Assembly: GCA_963801355.1 (NCBI GenBank)
Contig: CAWDEM010000008.1
Span: 576,001-640,000, forward strand
Length of the DNA: 64,000 bases
Direction: 5' to 3'
Source: Ignavibacteriota bacterium
GTDB taxonomy: Bacteria > Bacteroidota > Ignavibacteria > UBA10030 > UBA6906
Part shown: positions 11,701 to 21,700 of the stretch, in pieces
Numbering within the stretch: the stretch's first letter is position 1
Layout: every line of letters begins with the position of its first letter
Program-made: the position numbers and the translations under genes
Notes under the pieces: generated by a model
Told to the model about the DNA's origin: nothing
Database searches by the model: none
What the model saw: the letters and a program-made list of their open reading frames with translations, nothing else

Positions 11701-11950
11701 GTGCTGGTATGACCCGAAGGCCGGCTATTTCCGACCTTTGCTGGCGACGGTATTCGACGCTGACGGCTGGCGGCCGATCCTGACCAATGGTAACGGGATC
11801 TGGGGCACTGGAGCGTGGAGAAAGATGTTCGCCGCAGCCGAGAAGCCCAGCGGGGGCGGTTCGTATATCGTTTGCCAGGTCGCGCTGGCGGGAAGGACCC
11901 GCCATAACCCCGCTGCCGGCATCTTCGCGCGCCGGTTACTGGAGAGGTGA
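8744..11950 (+). CDS. Glycoside hydrolase family 2 protein
   Basis: FGAVDYKAHVFVNG...GSHEGFFAPF sugar-binding domain, FGMRTF, LNGRDIKLRGAN, NEP acid/base, GEFG nucleophile; GGAGGAG RBS. Confidence 0.85.
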   Translation: MKAKERLQRLLSLFLMAGTLVGLQLFSGYGWAERVVQEEVQEGLLASHARATSSDVFADIGGRDIEARRELLREVTPPKMPRKMLSAGKSDPRAAFEPTQKIDTPEKLNAELARQRSLYAPFLEVLAPELPSLREALRLEDFRWRLETDADRVDFQHTLSGAGGWTAVKVPHFGGPIGRAAAYYRTTFPVTQAMLDKGAVFVRFGAVDYKAHVFVNGHYLGSHEGFFAPFSFECTASVREGDNILLVKVENDAVFLGNDSWGQPEEGDKLYAATNLGWDDPAIGWHHCPPGFGIYQDVFIEACAPLHVADLWVRPLPDEERAEAWIEVWNRDRRNRPASVEISVFGQNFRQTVISRLRYTPGTRIIPGVGDLQKPTDNQDVTLTMGAGSNLIKVPLAIPHPRRWDLHTPWLYQIQVNLLDESGHVVDNAKRQFGMRTFRQENDNVPRGRMFLNGRDIKLRGANTMGFEQQDVFRKDFRQLVDDILLAKICNMNYLRLTQRPVQPEVYAYCDRLGLMTQTDLPLFGCLRYNKFAEAIRQTEEMERLVRGHACNIMITYINEPFPNASGKPHRHLTRPDLQAFFGAADRAVRVLNPDRVVKHVEGDYDPPSETLPDNHCYCGWYNGHGLELGKLHRGFWVPVNRDWLHACGEFGAEGLDPEDLMRRRYPRTWLPGADESSWSPDSVPGAQTGKFHYMWFDTQHTLADWVRLSQRHQAWATRLFAERFRRDNRMVSFAIHLFVDAFPASWMKAIMDCERRPKPAYFAYRDALEPLTVSIRTDRWAFTSGEPMTFEFWICNDTPEAPRTLRLRWQIEQRGRVIFAQQSPATVEATRAAFQGFFTQSAPDVDQRTRYTLRLALADGEKILRDTDIEYEVFPALPPLREVQVSVVGTGKAQQLVRELGGKPDARTASVFLVDDYTTYVQRRHDIDRAVAAGARAVFLELPVGEYEIGGSMVRVVECVMRAREFVSRATGHRLVTGFEPEDFKCWYDPKAGYFRPLLATVFDADGWRPILTNGNGIWGTGAWRKMFAAAEKPSGGGSYIVCQVALAGRTRHNPAAGIFARRLLER

Positions 11951-11956
11951 CGCCGT

Positions 11957-12373
11957 TTAGTTCTCGTACATCTGGAATGACTTCACAATATGGTCTTCAA
12001 ACTGTACCTGGAGCAAATATCCCTTGGTATTCCACCTGTACGTGTCGGACTTTCCGATGTGCGAGACTTTGTCGCCCGGGCCGGCCATTTTGAACACCTC
12101 TGCCTCGGTCATGCCCTCGCTGATCTTGGGAGCACCCGTAACCGCTTTGGGTTGATACCGTTCGGTGTCGAAAGTTTTCTTCGCGCACAATGGACAGTCA
12201 ATGGCGTCTTTTGCACGTTCCCCCAACTCGGAGTTTTCAAGTGCGAGGGAACAATTCCGGGTCATGTGTGCCGTTGCACAGTTGGTGTTCCCGTACATTT
12301 TTCCAACCCACACCTTTTGTGCAGCACATGTCATGGTACAAAACACCAGCAGTAATATGGCCGCTTTCATCAT
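11957..12373 (-). CDS. Hypothetical secreted protein
   Basis: GGAGG RBS, signal peptide, C-terminal ISEGMTEAEV..G.G SmpA/BamE-like segment. Confidence 0.6.
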   Translation of the reverse strand: MMKAAILLLVFCTMTCAAQKVWVGKMYGNTNCATAHMTRNCSLALENSELGERAKDAIDCPLCAKKTFDTERYQPKAVTGAPKISEGMTEAEVFKMAGPGDKVSHIGKSDTYRWNTKGYLLQVQFEDHIVKSFQMYEN

Positions 12374-12554
12374 CGCCTCCTTGTGGGATGGTGTGTTGGC
12401 CTGGCTTTCCGCTCCCCTCCATAGCAGCCTGTCAGCCGTCGATGAGGAGAGCCGTGTGTTCCGGGCCACAGGAAGTATACCGAACAGGACTCCCAGATGA
12501 ATAGGCTGAAAGGATGAAAGAGTAGTTAATCCCTTTGAGGAACAGAATCACCTC

Positions 12555-13451
12555 ATGAAGACAAACCGGGTTCTCACCGGCCTGCTCGTCACATGGACCG
12601 CGGCGTCTGTCTGTTTTGGACAGTCAGACTCACTGCGCACAAAGATCTTGAACATCATTGGTGCGAAACGTGCTGATGTAGGAGTGGCGATTCAGGGCTC
12701 CCATCCGGCCGACACGCTCTTCGTCCATGGTGACAGGCACTACCCCATGCAGAGCGTATACAAGCTGCATCTTGCATTCACGGTGCTGGATCTTGTAGAC
12801 CAGGGAAAGCTCTCACTCGATCAGAAGATCCTTGTGACAAGCAGCGATTTGCCTCCAAGGACGTGGAGCCCTCTTCGGGAACGATATCCAGGCGGCAATG
12901 TGGAATTGACCCTGCAGGAAATTCTGACTTCCACAGTCTCGGAGAGCGACAACAACGGTTGCGACATTCTGTTCCGTTTGATCGGAGGGACGGGAGTGGC
13001 CAACGCTCACATGCATAGCCTGGGTGTCACTGACGTCGCGATCGCTGCAACGGAACAGGAGATGCACAGGGCCTGGGATGTGCAATACCGGAACTGGACC
13101 ACGCCACGTGCGGCGCTTGAACTGCTCGTTGGATTCCGGGGCGGCCAATTCCTGTCGGCCGAAAGCCGGCAGGTTCTCTGGCGACTCCTCGTTGGAACGT
13201 CGACCGGACCGAAAAGGCTCAAGGGCCTGCTGCCGGAGAGCACGATCGTCGCCCACAAGACAGGTTCCTCGGGAAAAAATGAACACGGGCTTTCCGCTGC
13301 GACCAACGACATGGGCATCATCGTTCTTCCCGATGGAAGATGGATCGCCATTGCGGTGTTTGTGACTGAATCTTATGAAGATGAAGATACCAATGAGCGA
13401 ATGATTGCGGAGATAGCAAAGGCGATATGGGATTCTCAGAGGGCACAATGA
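12555..13451 (+). CDS. bla: Class A beta-lactamase (subclass A2, PER/VEB/CepA-like)
   Basis: YPMQSVYK (SxxK), SDN, E166-like ATEQEM, HKTG; signal peptide. Confidence 0.9.
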   Translation: MKTNRVLTGLLVTWTAASVCFGQSDSLRTKILNIIGAKRADVGVAIQGSHPADTLFVHGDRHYPMQSVYKLHLAFTVLDLVDQGKLSLDQKILVTSSDLPPRTWSPLRERYPGGNVELTLQEILTSTVSESDNNGCDILFRLIGGTGVANAHMHSLGVTDVAIAATEQEMHRAWDVQYRNWTTPRAALELLVGFRGGQFLSAESRQVLWRLLVGTSTGPKRLKGLLPESTIVAHKTGSSGKNEHGLSAATNDMGIIVLPDGRWIAIAVFVTESYEDEDTNERMIAEIAKAIWDSQRAQ

Positions 13452-13816
13452 AATCGCGTCAGGAAATCAAACGGGAATACAAGGAGCGGAAGAAACCAGC
13501 TGGCATCTTCCAGGTAAAGAACATCAGGAACGGCAAGGTCCTTCTTGGAAGCAGCCTGAATCTGGAAGGAGCACTGAACCGTCACAGGTTCGAGCTTGAA
13601 GTGGGGTCGCACCGCAGTAAGGAACTTCAGAGGGATTGGAATGAGTTGGGAGCCGACGCATTCGTTTTTGAGATCCTCGAGGAAGTGAAGGTGCGGGACG
13701 TTCCCCACTTTGACCTCGGCGATGAACTGACCCTTCTGGAGCAGATCTGGATCGAGGAGCTACAGCCATTCAGCGAACGGGGGTACAACAGGGAGCCAAA
13801 GATCCGGCAAGCGTAG
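13448..13816 (+). CDS. GIY-YIG nuclease superfamily protein
   Basis: AGIFQVKN...VLLGSS.N...LQRDWNELG...F.FEILE...GYN; ATGA overlap with bla. Confidence 0.75.
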   Translation: MKSRQEIKREYKERKKPAGIFQVKNIRNGKVLLGSSLNLEGALNRHRFELEVGSHRSKELQRDWNELGADAFVFEILEEVKVRDVPHFDLGDELTLLEQIWIEELQPFSERGYNREPKIRQA

Positions 13817-13846
13817 AAGGGACCAACGGCTCCTCAGGACGAGGGA

Positions 13847-16138
13847 CTACCTCAACACAACGAGCTTCTTTGTGTCGGTGAACGATCCCGTTGTCGGCGG
13901 AATCCCCGGGAGCGACCCTTCCAAGGGGTGGACAAAGAGTCTGTAGAAGTACACGCCGCTTGACAAATGCGAAGCATCAAACTTGACCTCGTGATAGCCT
14001 GCACCCGTCCTCGCATTCACCAGCACCGCTACTTCGCGACCCAGTACGTCATATACACTGAGCCGTACCCACCTATTCCCTGCTGCCTCGTGCCTATCGC
14101 CTGTTCCCGGTACCGTGTATCCTATCGTCGTACTCGGATTGAACGGATTGGGATAGTTCTGGCTGAGAAAGGCAGTCCGCGGCATTTGATCCGCGGGAGA
14201 GAGTGACAACCCAGCGGGCTCCCGACGGGGGGTGCCTGTGAGGAGTATGGTACCGTTGTCTCCTGCCGCCCACGCAACAGTGTCATCGAGAACGCTCAGC
14301 GAAAAGAGATCGTAGGCTGTTTTTGCGAATTCGGTGTTCCATGTCGATCCTGCGTCTGTGGAGCGAAGGATCAACCCTGTGTCACCGACCGCACGCGCCT
14401 GAGACATCGTCATGCCATCTACCGCAAACAGATTGCGCAATGTCCCGGTAGAGGTCGGAGTCCAGGTGGTCCCCCCGTCGGTTGTTCGCACAATGACACC
14501 GTTGCCACCACCGGCATACCCATAGGAGTCATCCGCAAACGAAGTGCTCCAGAGGACCGTTGATACCGGGCTTGCTTGCGGCGCCCATGAAGCGCCGTCG
14601 ATGGTGTGGTGGATAGCGCCGTATTCGCCGACCATCCATCCGAGTTCGTCGGATATCATCTCGATCCCGTACAAGGGTGTCGTTGTCCCACTCGATTCAT
14701 GTCTCCACTGTGCCCCACCGTCCTCAGTTCGTAGAAGAACTCCGTGATCACCCGCCGCCCAGCCATGAAGTTCATTGGTAAAGGCCACACTGAGTAACGT
14801 AAGGGTAGTGTACGTGGATTGTTGCATCCAGCTCATCCCACGGTCAGTCGAATGGAGAAGCACGCCCAGATCGCCGACCACCCAGATCTTGTTTCCTACG
14901 TATGATACGCCATAGAAGGAGTCCCCCGTCAGACCATTGTCCAGCTTCTGCCAGGTCAGTCCACCGTCGATCGTGCGCAGCAGGTATCCCCATTGTCCCA
15001 CGGCGATGCCGTTCATGGGGTCGGCAAATGTCAGCCAGTTGACCGACGGGAAGTTGCCGGCATTCAGATATGTCCACTGAAGTTCGGGTCCTCTGCGGGC
15101 AAGAAAGCCATATTCGCCGACGGCGACCAACGAGGCCCCTGCCTGTGCGATTCCGTTTGCGGAAGCAAAGGTTTCCCGGAACGGATCCGAAGTCCACTGT
15201 GAGCCGGCCGATGTGGAGTGTAAGACGGTCGCATCATCGCCCACGATCCAGGACTCCGTGCTGTTCGCGAGGAGAATATCGTTGAGTCCTTTGGTCGTGC
15301 CCGAAGCAATCTGGGACCAGGAGGTTCCGCCATTCGAAGTGGACATAATGAGGCCGCCGCCGCCGACTATGAATCCCGAAAGCCCGTCGGCAAGAAACTC
15401 GATCTTCAGACCGGGCGCCGCAAGTGTCTGAACGAGCGTCCAGACGGCACCCCCGTCAACAGATCGAAAAAGCGACCCTCCAGTGCCCCCCATGGCGCCG
15501 CCGTATCCTGCGGCCCACCCGTTGGTTGCCGTCGTGAACGCTATGCTGTTGACGCCGCCGTTGCCCTGTTGCGTCGGAAGGATCGCTCGTGCCCATGTTG
15601 CCCCTCCATCCGTCGTGCGGATGATCGTCTTGGCGTCCCCGCCCGCCCACCCATTCAGATAATCGCGAAACACGACGGCATTCAGACCGTTTGCGGTTCC
15701 GCTCGACTGCTCCAACCATTGCCACCCGCCGTTCGTCGTGTGCACAACCGTTCCGTTGTCACCGACTATCCACGCCGTCAGAGAGTCGACGACTGCCACA
15801 TCGCGCAGGTTGTCCGTGACGCCTTCGTATTGCAGGAGCCATGTCACGCCACCATCCTTCGTGGCCAGAATTGTTCCGGCATCTCCCACCGCGAAGCCGC
15901 AACGCTCACCGGCAAACGCGACCCTACCGAGGGTATTGCCTTGCGGCAGCGGATGCTGCCACCGCCACTCCGCAGTTTGTGCCGTGCCGATCTCTCGTCC
16001 GCACAAGAGCGCAAAAGTAACGGCCATCAAGAATGTGCTCCATGCTCGATACCCTGAGAAATTTCTATGCATCCGTCCGCTTCGTCCTGCTACCTGCATT
16101 GCTCCGTTCCTGGCTTCTGTTCTCATGAATTGTTCCAC
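13847..16138 (-). CDS. YCF48/BNR-repeat beta-propeller protein with T9SS C-terminal domain
   Basis: Many GW.VG..G.I..T.DGG.TW repeats; QNYPNPFNP...SGVYFYRL CTD; exact start uncertain. Confidence 0.85.
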   Translation of the reverse strand: MEQFMRTEARNGAMQVAGRSGRMHRNFSGYRAWSTFLMAVTFALLCGREIGTAQTAEWRWQHPLPQGNTLGRVAFAGERCGFAVGDAGTILATKDGGVTWLLQYEGVTDNLRDVAVVDSLTAWIVGDNGTVVHTTNGGWQWLEQSSGTANGLNAVVFRDYLNGWAGGDAKTIIRTTDGGATWARAILPTQQGNGGVNSIAFTTATNGWAAGYGGAMGGTGGSLFRSVDGGAVWTLVQTLAAPGLKIEFLADGLSGFIVGGGGLIMSTSNGGTSWSQIASGTTKGLNDILLANSTESWIVGDDATVLHSTSAGSQWTSDPFRETFASANGIAQAGASLVAVGEYGFLARRGPELQWTYLNAGNFPSVNWLTFADPMNGIAVGQWGYLLRTIDGGLTWQKLDNGLTGDSFYGVSYVGNKIWVVGDLGVLLHSTDRGMSWMQQSTYTTLTLLSVAFTNELHGWAAGDHGVLLRTEDGGAQWRHESSGTTTPLYGIEMISDELGWMVGEYGAIHHTIDGASWAPQASPVSTVLWSTSFADDSYGYAGGGNGVIVRTTDGGTTWTPTSTGTLRNLFAVDGMTMSQARAVGDTGLILRSTDAGSTWNTEFAKTAYDLFSLSVLDDTVAWAAGDNGTILLTGTPRREPAGLSLSPADQMPRTAFLSQNYPNPFNPSTTIGYTVPGTGDRHEAAGNRWVRLSVYDVLGREVAVLVNARTGAGYHEVKFDASHLSSGVYFYRLFVHPLEGSLPGIPPTTGSFTDTKKLVVLR

Positions 16139-16161
16139 CCCCCTGCCGCCGCGCCTCCTGG

Positions 16162-17454
16162 CTAGAAACCAATTCCCACACTGACGCCGACCTGATGGTG
16201 ACTGAAATCATTGTAATCGTCATTTGACTGGTTGCGCGCTGCACCGGCACTGAACGCAACATCCAATCCCACGCCGCCGGACAGTTCGAAATAGCGTGAC
16301 AGCCAGAGTTCTGCGGAGCCAAGGAGATCGATCCTGTTCCCAGCTATCACATCGCCATCCAGATTGAGCGCAGGCGCAGAGAAGCGTTTCCTTTGTGCTT
16401 CGACAGTCACGATCATCTGCAGCCCGAACGGGAGCGTCTGCCTGAAACCGACGCTCGACGACGGGCCCTCGTAGCTGAAGAAGTCGTTGTAGATATCTTG
16501 ATCGAGCATCGACGTATTGGCGTATTGCGCCAGATACCGCGATCCCGATCCAAGGTTGTGACGGTAGAGGATCTCCACTTTCAGGGACCCGGCACTCCAC
16601 GATGAGCCCGCGAACACTCCGCCGGCGAGCTGCGACGACGTGCCTGTGGTCGCGTTCACCAGGATTTCCTTGCCGGAAGGGACAACAAGCTTTGCGCCGG
16701 GTTTACCCTTGCCGTTGTTCTTTTCGACGTAGGTCCGTTTTGTTTCAAACCGTGTGGTATCATACAGATCGTTGGTGTAGTGCTTTATCCCTGCCTGGGC
16801 CGAGACGCCGAGTGTGAGTGCGTGAGGCGAAAAACGTCCGAGCTGAACCGACACCACGTCGGAAATATTGGAGAGTTCCTCGAGGTTCTGATATGTTCGC
16901 AGACCAAGATCGTTATGGATCCGCATAAAGAGGGCTCCGATGCGAAAACGGTAGGCAGCAGTGAGCGACGCACCCGTATTGTCGAATTCACGGAACACGG
17001 CCTTGTCATATCTGCCGCCTATCCGGGCGGCAACATCGAGGTAGGACTTCACGGAATCCATGTCGGCCGATTCCTCTTCCTCCACATCACTTTCGTCATC
17101 GGCATCTTCGGCCCGTGGCGAGGGAGCAATGGCGCCGAAGACCTGCTGCAACGCGACGCGCCCATTGTGCTCATAGTAGTTGCGGTCCGTGAAGGCATTG
17201 AAGATCATCACACCGCCCACATACCCCGCAGATATCGATCCGTTGCCGACAGGGTGCGCATACTGCAGCTCAAGATACCCCTGGCGCAACTGGTCGCCGA
17301 TTGCCTCATAGTTGTACAGTGGATTGCGATGATACCCGTACGACACGGACATGAAACCGGACACCTGGGCAGACGCGGGCAGACGGCCCACGAGGCAGAA
17401 CAGGAGAAGGCTGCTCCATCGGAGAACCCGTGGAAACACGATGTCAGAGGTCAT
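16162..17454 (-). CDS. Putative outer-membrane beta-barrel protein in polysaccharide operon
   Basis: Signal peptide, terminal VGVSVGIGF beta-signal, overlaps GT2 stop. Confidence 0.65.
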   Translation of the reverse strand: MTSDIVFPRVLRWSSLLLFCLVGRLPASAQVSGFMSVSYGYHRNPLYNYEAIGDQLRQGYLELQYAHPVGNGSISAGYVGGVMIFNAFTDRNYYEHNGRVALQQVFGAIAPSPRAEDADDESDVEEEESADMDSVKSYLDVAARIGGRYDKAVFREFDNTGASLTAAYRFRIGALFMRIHNDLGLRTYQNLEELSNISDVVSVQLGRFSPHALTLGVSAQAGIKHYTNDLYDTTRFETKRTYVEKNNGKGKPGAKLVVPSGKEILVNATTGTSSQLAGGVFAGSSWSAGSLKVEILYRHNLGSGSRYLAQYANTSMLDQDIYNDFFSYEGPSSSVGFRQTLPFGLQMIVTVEAQRKRFSAPALNLDGDVIAGNRIDLLGSAELWLSRYFELSGGVGLDVAFSAGAARNQSNDDYNDFSHHQVGVSVGIGF

Positions 17455-18730
17455 GCGAAGTCTCCGGAGTGTGAACCACCTCGAACCGTTCAGTCTTTGC
17501 CCATACGCGCTTATCTTTCCGCACAACATCGGACCATAACGCCTTGACGACAATAACCATCCAGAGTTGACAGTAGGTGAAATACATTACCACCGTCAGA
17601 GCCATATTGCGGAGAGTGTCTTCCCGATCATACGAAAGGGTCACCAGCATCTCGCCCATGAACAGGAAGAACGCAAGAATCCATACCGCTGTGTAGGGAC
17701 CGGGGAGTGCAATGCTGACCAGCCTGGATACGCTCAAGACAAACAGCAGGTCCGAGATGACGATTGCGGCGAAGAAGACGTAATAGAGCGCGAGCGTATA
17801 GAAAAGATCAAATCGCAGGCGTCGATTCTTGAAATGCGGGATGAGCCTGAAGAATTTAGCGATGACATAATTGTTTCCCCGGACCCACCGCATGCGCTGG
17901 CGAATCCAGACAGCCCACTCCTGCGGTTCCTGCTCATACGTGATCGCATACGGGATGTACTTGATAATATAGCCTTCCTCATAAATGCGGATGCTCAGTT
18001 CAGAGTCCTCCGTCAGGGCTTGTTCATCCCACCCGTTGAGCTGACGGATCAGCGCCGTGCGCATGACGAAATTGGTCCCGGGCAACGTGGCGATATGGTG
18101 GAGCTGCGATCGCCCCGCCTGGAGCATGGATTGAAAACTCAATGTCTCAATGTTGATGAAACGCGTCAGGAGCGTCGCATTCTTGTTCACCGTCCGGAAC
18201 TTGCCCAGCACGGCTCCCAGCTCGGGGTGCAGCACAAGCTGCGCCACCAGGTACCGCAACGCGTGCGGGTCCGGAGTATTGTCGGCGTCATAAACAGCCA
18301 CGACTTCCGAATCCACCTGATGAATCCCGAGGTTGAGAGCTCTGGACTTCCCTTTCCCTCCTTTGCCTTCCGGAACATCATACAGGACAATGCGCGGATC
18401 GGATGCCGCCATCTCCTGGATGATGTCTTTCGTGCGATCAGAGGACCCGTCGTTGATCACCACGATCCGCAGCCGTTCACGGGGATACTCCAGCCGCAGC
18501 ATGGCCTCGAGGGCCTGGCGGATCACTTTTTCCTCGTTGTGTGCCGGGATCAGAATCGTGCAGCTGGGAAGATTGGGAGCCAGCACATCCACTTCCCTCT
18601 TTTCGCGAACAGACCGAAGGAAATTGGCGTACCCAAACAACGTCAGTACGAACTGGTATGCGATCATGAACCAGATCAGGATTACGGCAAGGACGAAGAG
18701 CGCACTCAGATCAAGCTCAAGCAGAGTCAT
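17444..18730 (-). CDS. Processive family 2 glycosyltransferase (YdaM/IcaA-like)
   Basis: IPAHNEE, NDGSSD, YDAD, LTED, QRMRW (D,D,D,QxxRW) plus TM helices. Confidence 0.9.
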   Translation of the reverse strand: MTLLELDLSALFVLAVILIWFMIAYQFVLTLFGYANFLRSVREKREVDVLAPNLPSCTILIPAHNEEKVIRQALEAMLRLEYPRERLRIVVINDGSSDRTKDIIQEMAASDPRIVLYDVPEGKGGKGKSRALNLGIHQVDSEVVAVYDADNTPDPHALRYLVAQLVLHPELGAVLGKFRTVNKNATLLTRFINIETLSFQSMLQAGRSQLHHIATLPGTNFVMRTALIRQLNGWDEQALTEDSELSIRIYEEGYIIKYIPYAITYEQEPQEWAVWIRQRMRWVRGNNYVIAKFFRLIPHFKNRRLRFDLFYTLALYYVFFAAIVISDLLFVLSVSRLVSIALPGPYTAVWILAFFLFMGEMLVTLSYDREDTLRNMALTVVMYFTYCQLWMVIVVKALWSDVVRKDKRVWAKTERFEVVHTPETSHDL

Positions 18731-21700
18731 GGGAACCCCTGCCTCGCTGTCCACGCAAACCGGCGACGCCGGAGAACAACCATTGCATACATCAGGAGAA
18801 GAACGGCGACCGATGCCACGCCGAACAGGGCTATCACTGTTGATGACCAGAAGCTCGTCAGATTGACGCCGTACGAAAATGCATTCCCGGCCACCAGCTC
18901 GACCGTATGGTTCCCGGGTGGGAGGGTGACCGTGTAGCCGTCGTTTCCCTTCATCGTTTGAAAATGACTCGCACGGCCATTCACACTCAGCGTGCGGGGT
19001 TCGCAGCTGACAGTCACAAGGCAGCGCCCCTCGGAGGCATACGCAAAAGTGAGCTTGCTCATGTCGGACCGCACAGACAGCAGGGTTCCGGTGCTGGACA
19101 GAATCCGGGGATAGAACTGATACGGGGACAGTGCTCCGCTGACGTTTCCCACAGGTCTGACGACATGCCGGCCAGCCGGGATGAGGTACATGTTGTCCCG
19201 TACCGGCGCAAGCGGGTTCCCATCAAGATCGATCTCTGACACTTCACGGGGAAAGTGCATCATGAAGTGATGCGGCGATTCCAGGTTGTAGGTTTCACCG
19301 CTGCGCGTCATCACCACGTTTCCGGCATACGCGGATGCAAGGGACATCATGTCTTGCGGGTTGACGCTCGACTCGGCGTAGATAGTCGCCCGGGGGGCGC
19401 CCAGCGCAGCCGCCCGCACGAGATGGAAGCTCTCCGTGCCGGTCTGGATCAGCGTAGGAAACGGGGTGGGCTGACCGGGATCCCGGAACGCGAGGATATT
19501 CAAGTCCAGGAGCAGCTGCTTGGGCGAACCGATGAGGTTCGAGTAGTGATTCCCGATCGCAACATAACGCATCGGATCCGTGGACCACTGATGTTCCGGG
19601 TCTTCGACCTGCAGAGCGAATCCGAACTCTTTCTGCAGCGCGAGGATGGACTTCATGTCCACACCGATGTATTCACGCAATTCAGGAGATCCGTAACTAT
19701 CCATTGCCGTGACGATCACCTCAAATCCATCACGATATCTCTGGATATCGGACACACTCTTCAGGATGCGGCGGTAAAGCTGCTCAAGCTTCTCCACACG
19801 ATAGTTGGTGAGAGCCGACCGGATCTCCGGATGGTCTCTCCAATACACCGGAGATCGTGGATCGAAAACCCGCACGGGGTCAAAACCGAGCCGGCCCCGC
19901 AGTTCTTGACGGGCGCTGGGATGCATCGGCGTGTACGATAGCGAATCCTGAAATCCCCTTCCCGCCTCAAAATAGAGTTCCGCAAGGTTGACACCATCCC
20001 AGTCATACTGCCGGAGAAAACTGACGAAGTCATTGGTCATCGCAGCAACACACCTCGCGTCGGTTAACGCGACCGGGTAGCGCCATGAGGGGCGCACGTC
20101 TTCACCCCGAAAATTCTTTTCACGCCATTCAGCATGTTCCTGCCAGAATTTCTGACTCACCTGTGGCGGCTCCAGCCAGGCGTAGACCAGAATTCCGTTG
20201 GCATGGGCAAGGTCGATGAGCCGCTTGTAGTCATAGGTGTACTTCGGGTAGGTGTGCCACCCCGCCACATGAATACGGCGAATCCCCTGCTGCACCCAGA
20301 GACGCACGAGATGCTCAATGCTCTGGGTGTGCCGAAAACCGGGATCAAAGTACATCTCGAGTGATTCCCGCCGCAGAATCGGGGCGAGCCCCATGTACGT
20401 GCGGATGTATTCGAACAGGAATGGGTAATGGCTGTAGCCGAGTTGCGTGTGCGGGTCAAATCGTGTCGCGATAAACAGGAGCTTCCCCCCGCCGACGTTC
20501 CTGCCCACAACCAACGGGACCTCGCTGGCATTGTCGGTGCAAAACACCTCGTCGATATCGTCCGCCTCAAATTTGGTGATCACTTCGGGCGTTCTCCAGG
20601 TGATCTGCTCTTCCGGGAAGAGCTTGTCCACCACTTTACTCACCTCCAGTGTCGTGTTGCCGAACCGGATGCCGAACTCTTCGACGAGGTAGTTACGCGT
20701 GTCAGTAATGAGCGCCCCACCGTCCCGCACCCACCGGACAAGAGCGTCGTATTCCTCCAGCTTCAAGGAATCCACGAACCCGAACGGTACGACCGCAAGG
20801 TTGTAGGGCGACAGGGTGATCGGCTGACCGACAAAGACCGTGTCCACGGGAATGCTCAGGCTCGCAAAAAGCGCGGCAAACGACGCTTGGTCGTTGTAGG
20901 CTGCACCGCGCGCGTACTGGTTCCAGAGAATAACCGGACGAGCTTCTTTCCAGGATTCCTCCGTGGAGAGCACGCGCCCTATGGTTCTCGTGACACCTTG
21001 CACTGTCTTTGCAAACAGCGACTGCTGGCGTTCCTTGAATTCAGTCGGCTCGCCCCTGTACACTTCACCGGGCTTGAGCTCAACGCTATGCGTGCTCGTT
21101 CCTGAGAGCCGCGTTTCCGACGTATTCCGGCGCACTACCTCGCCATCCCTGTCAATCACTGTTTCCACAAGATACTGATCGGCAAGCGTAATGTTGTACG
21201 TCTGGGACCCGGTGAGGATGATCCGATCGCGGGTCTGTACCCGGTTCTCGTCATCACGAACATCGATATACGTGTACCCCATCGCCTGCACGGAATCCAC
21301 AAGCTCTTCAAGCAGCGAGAGGTCCAGGAAAGCGTGAAAGAACGACGCAGCAAAACCATCACGGACACTCAGGTTTGTGCGCGCGTTCCGGACGATATCG
21401 AGAACGTATGCCCGACTGGAATCCTTGTTAGCCAACAGCGGCACATACCCCAGATTCTCCGGATAGACCTTTTGCCCGAAGAGATCCCGCTTGATCATAT
21501 AGGGGAAGTACTGGCTGTAGTCGGCGTGTTCGATGGTCAGACGTTGCTCCATTGCGCTGCTGAAGTACTCACCGATCACCCGGTACAGCAGGAACGAAGC
21601 GGTGTAGTGCGGGGTCTCCCATAGCAACGGGTACAAGCCATTCCTCATGAACTCCTGTATTCCCGTTTCGATCTTGCGACGTATCGCCGCTTCCGTTTCT

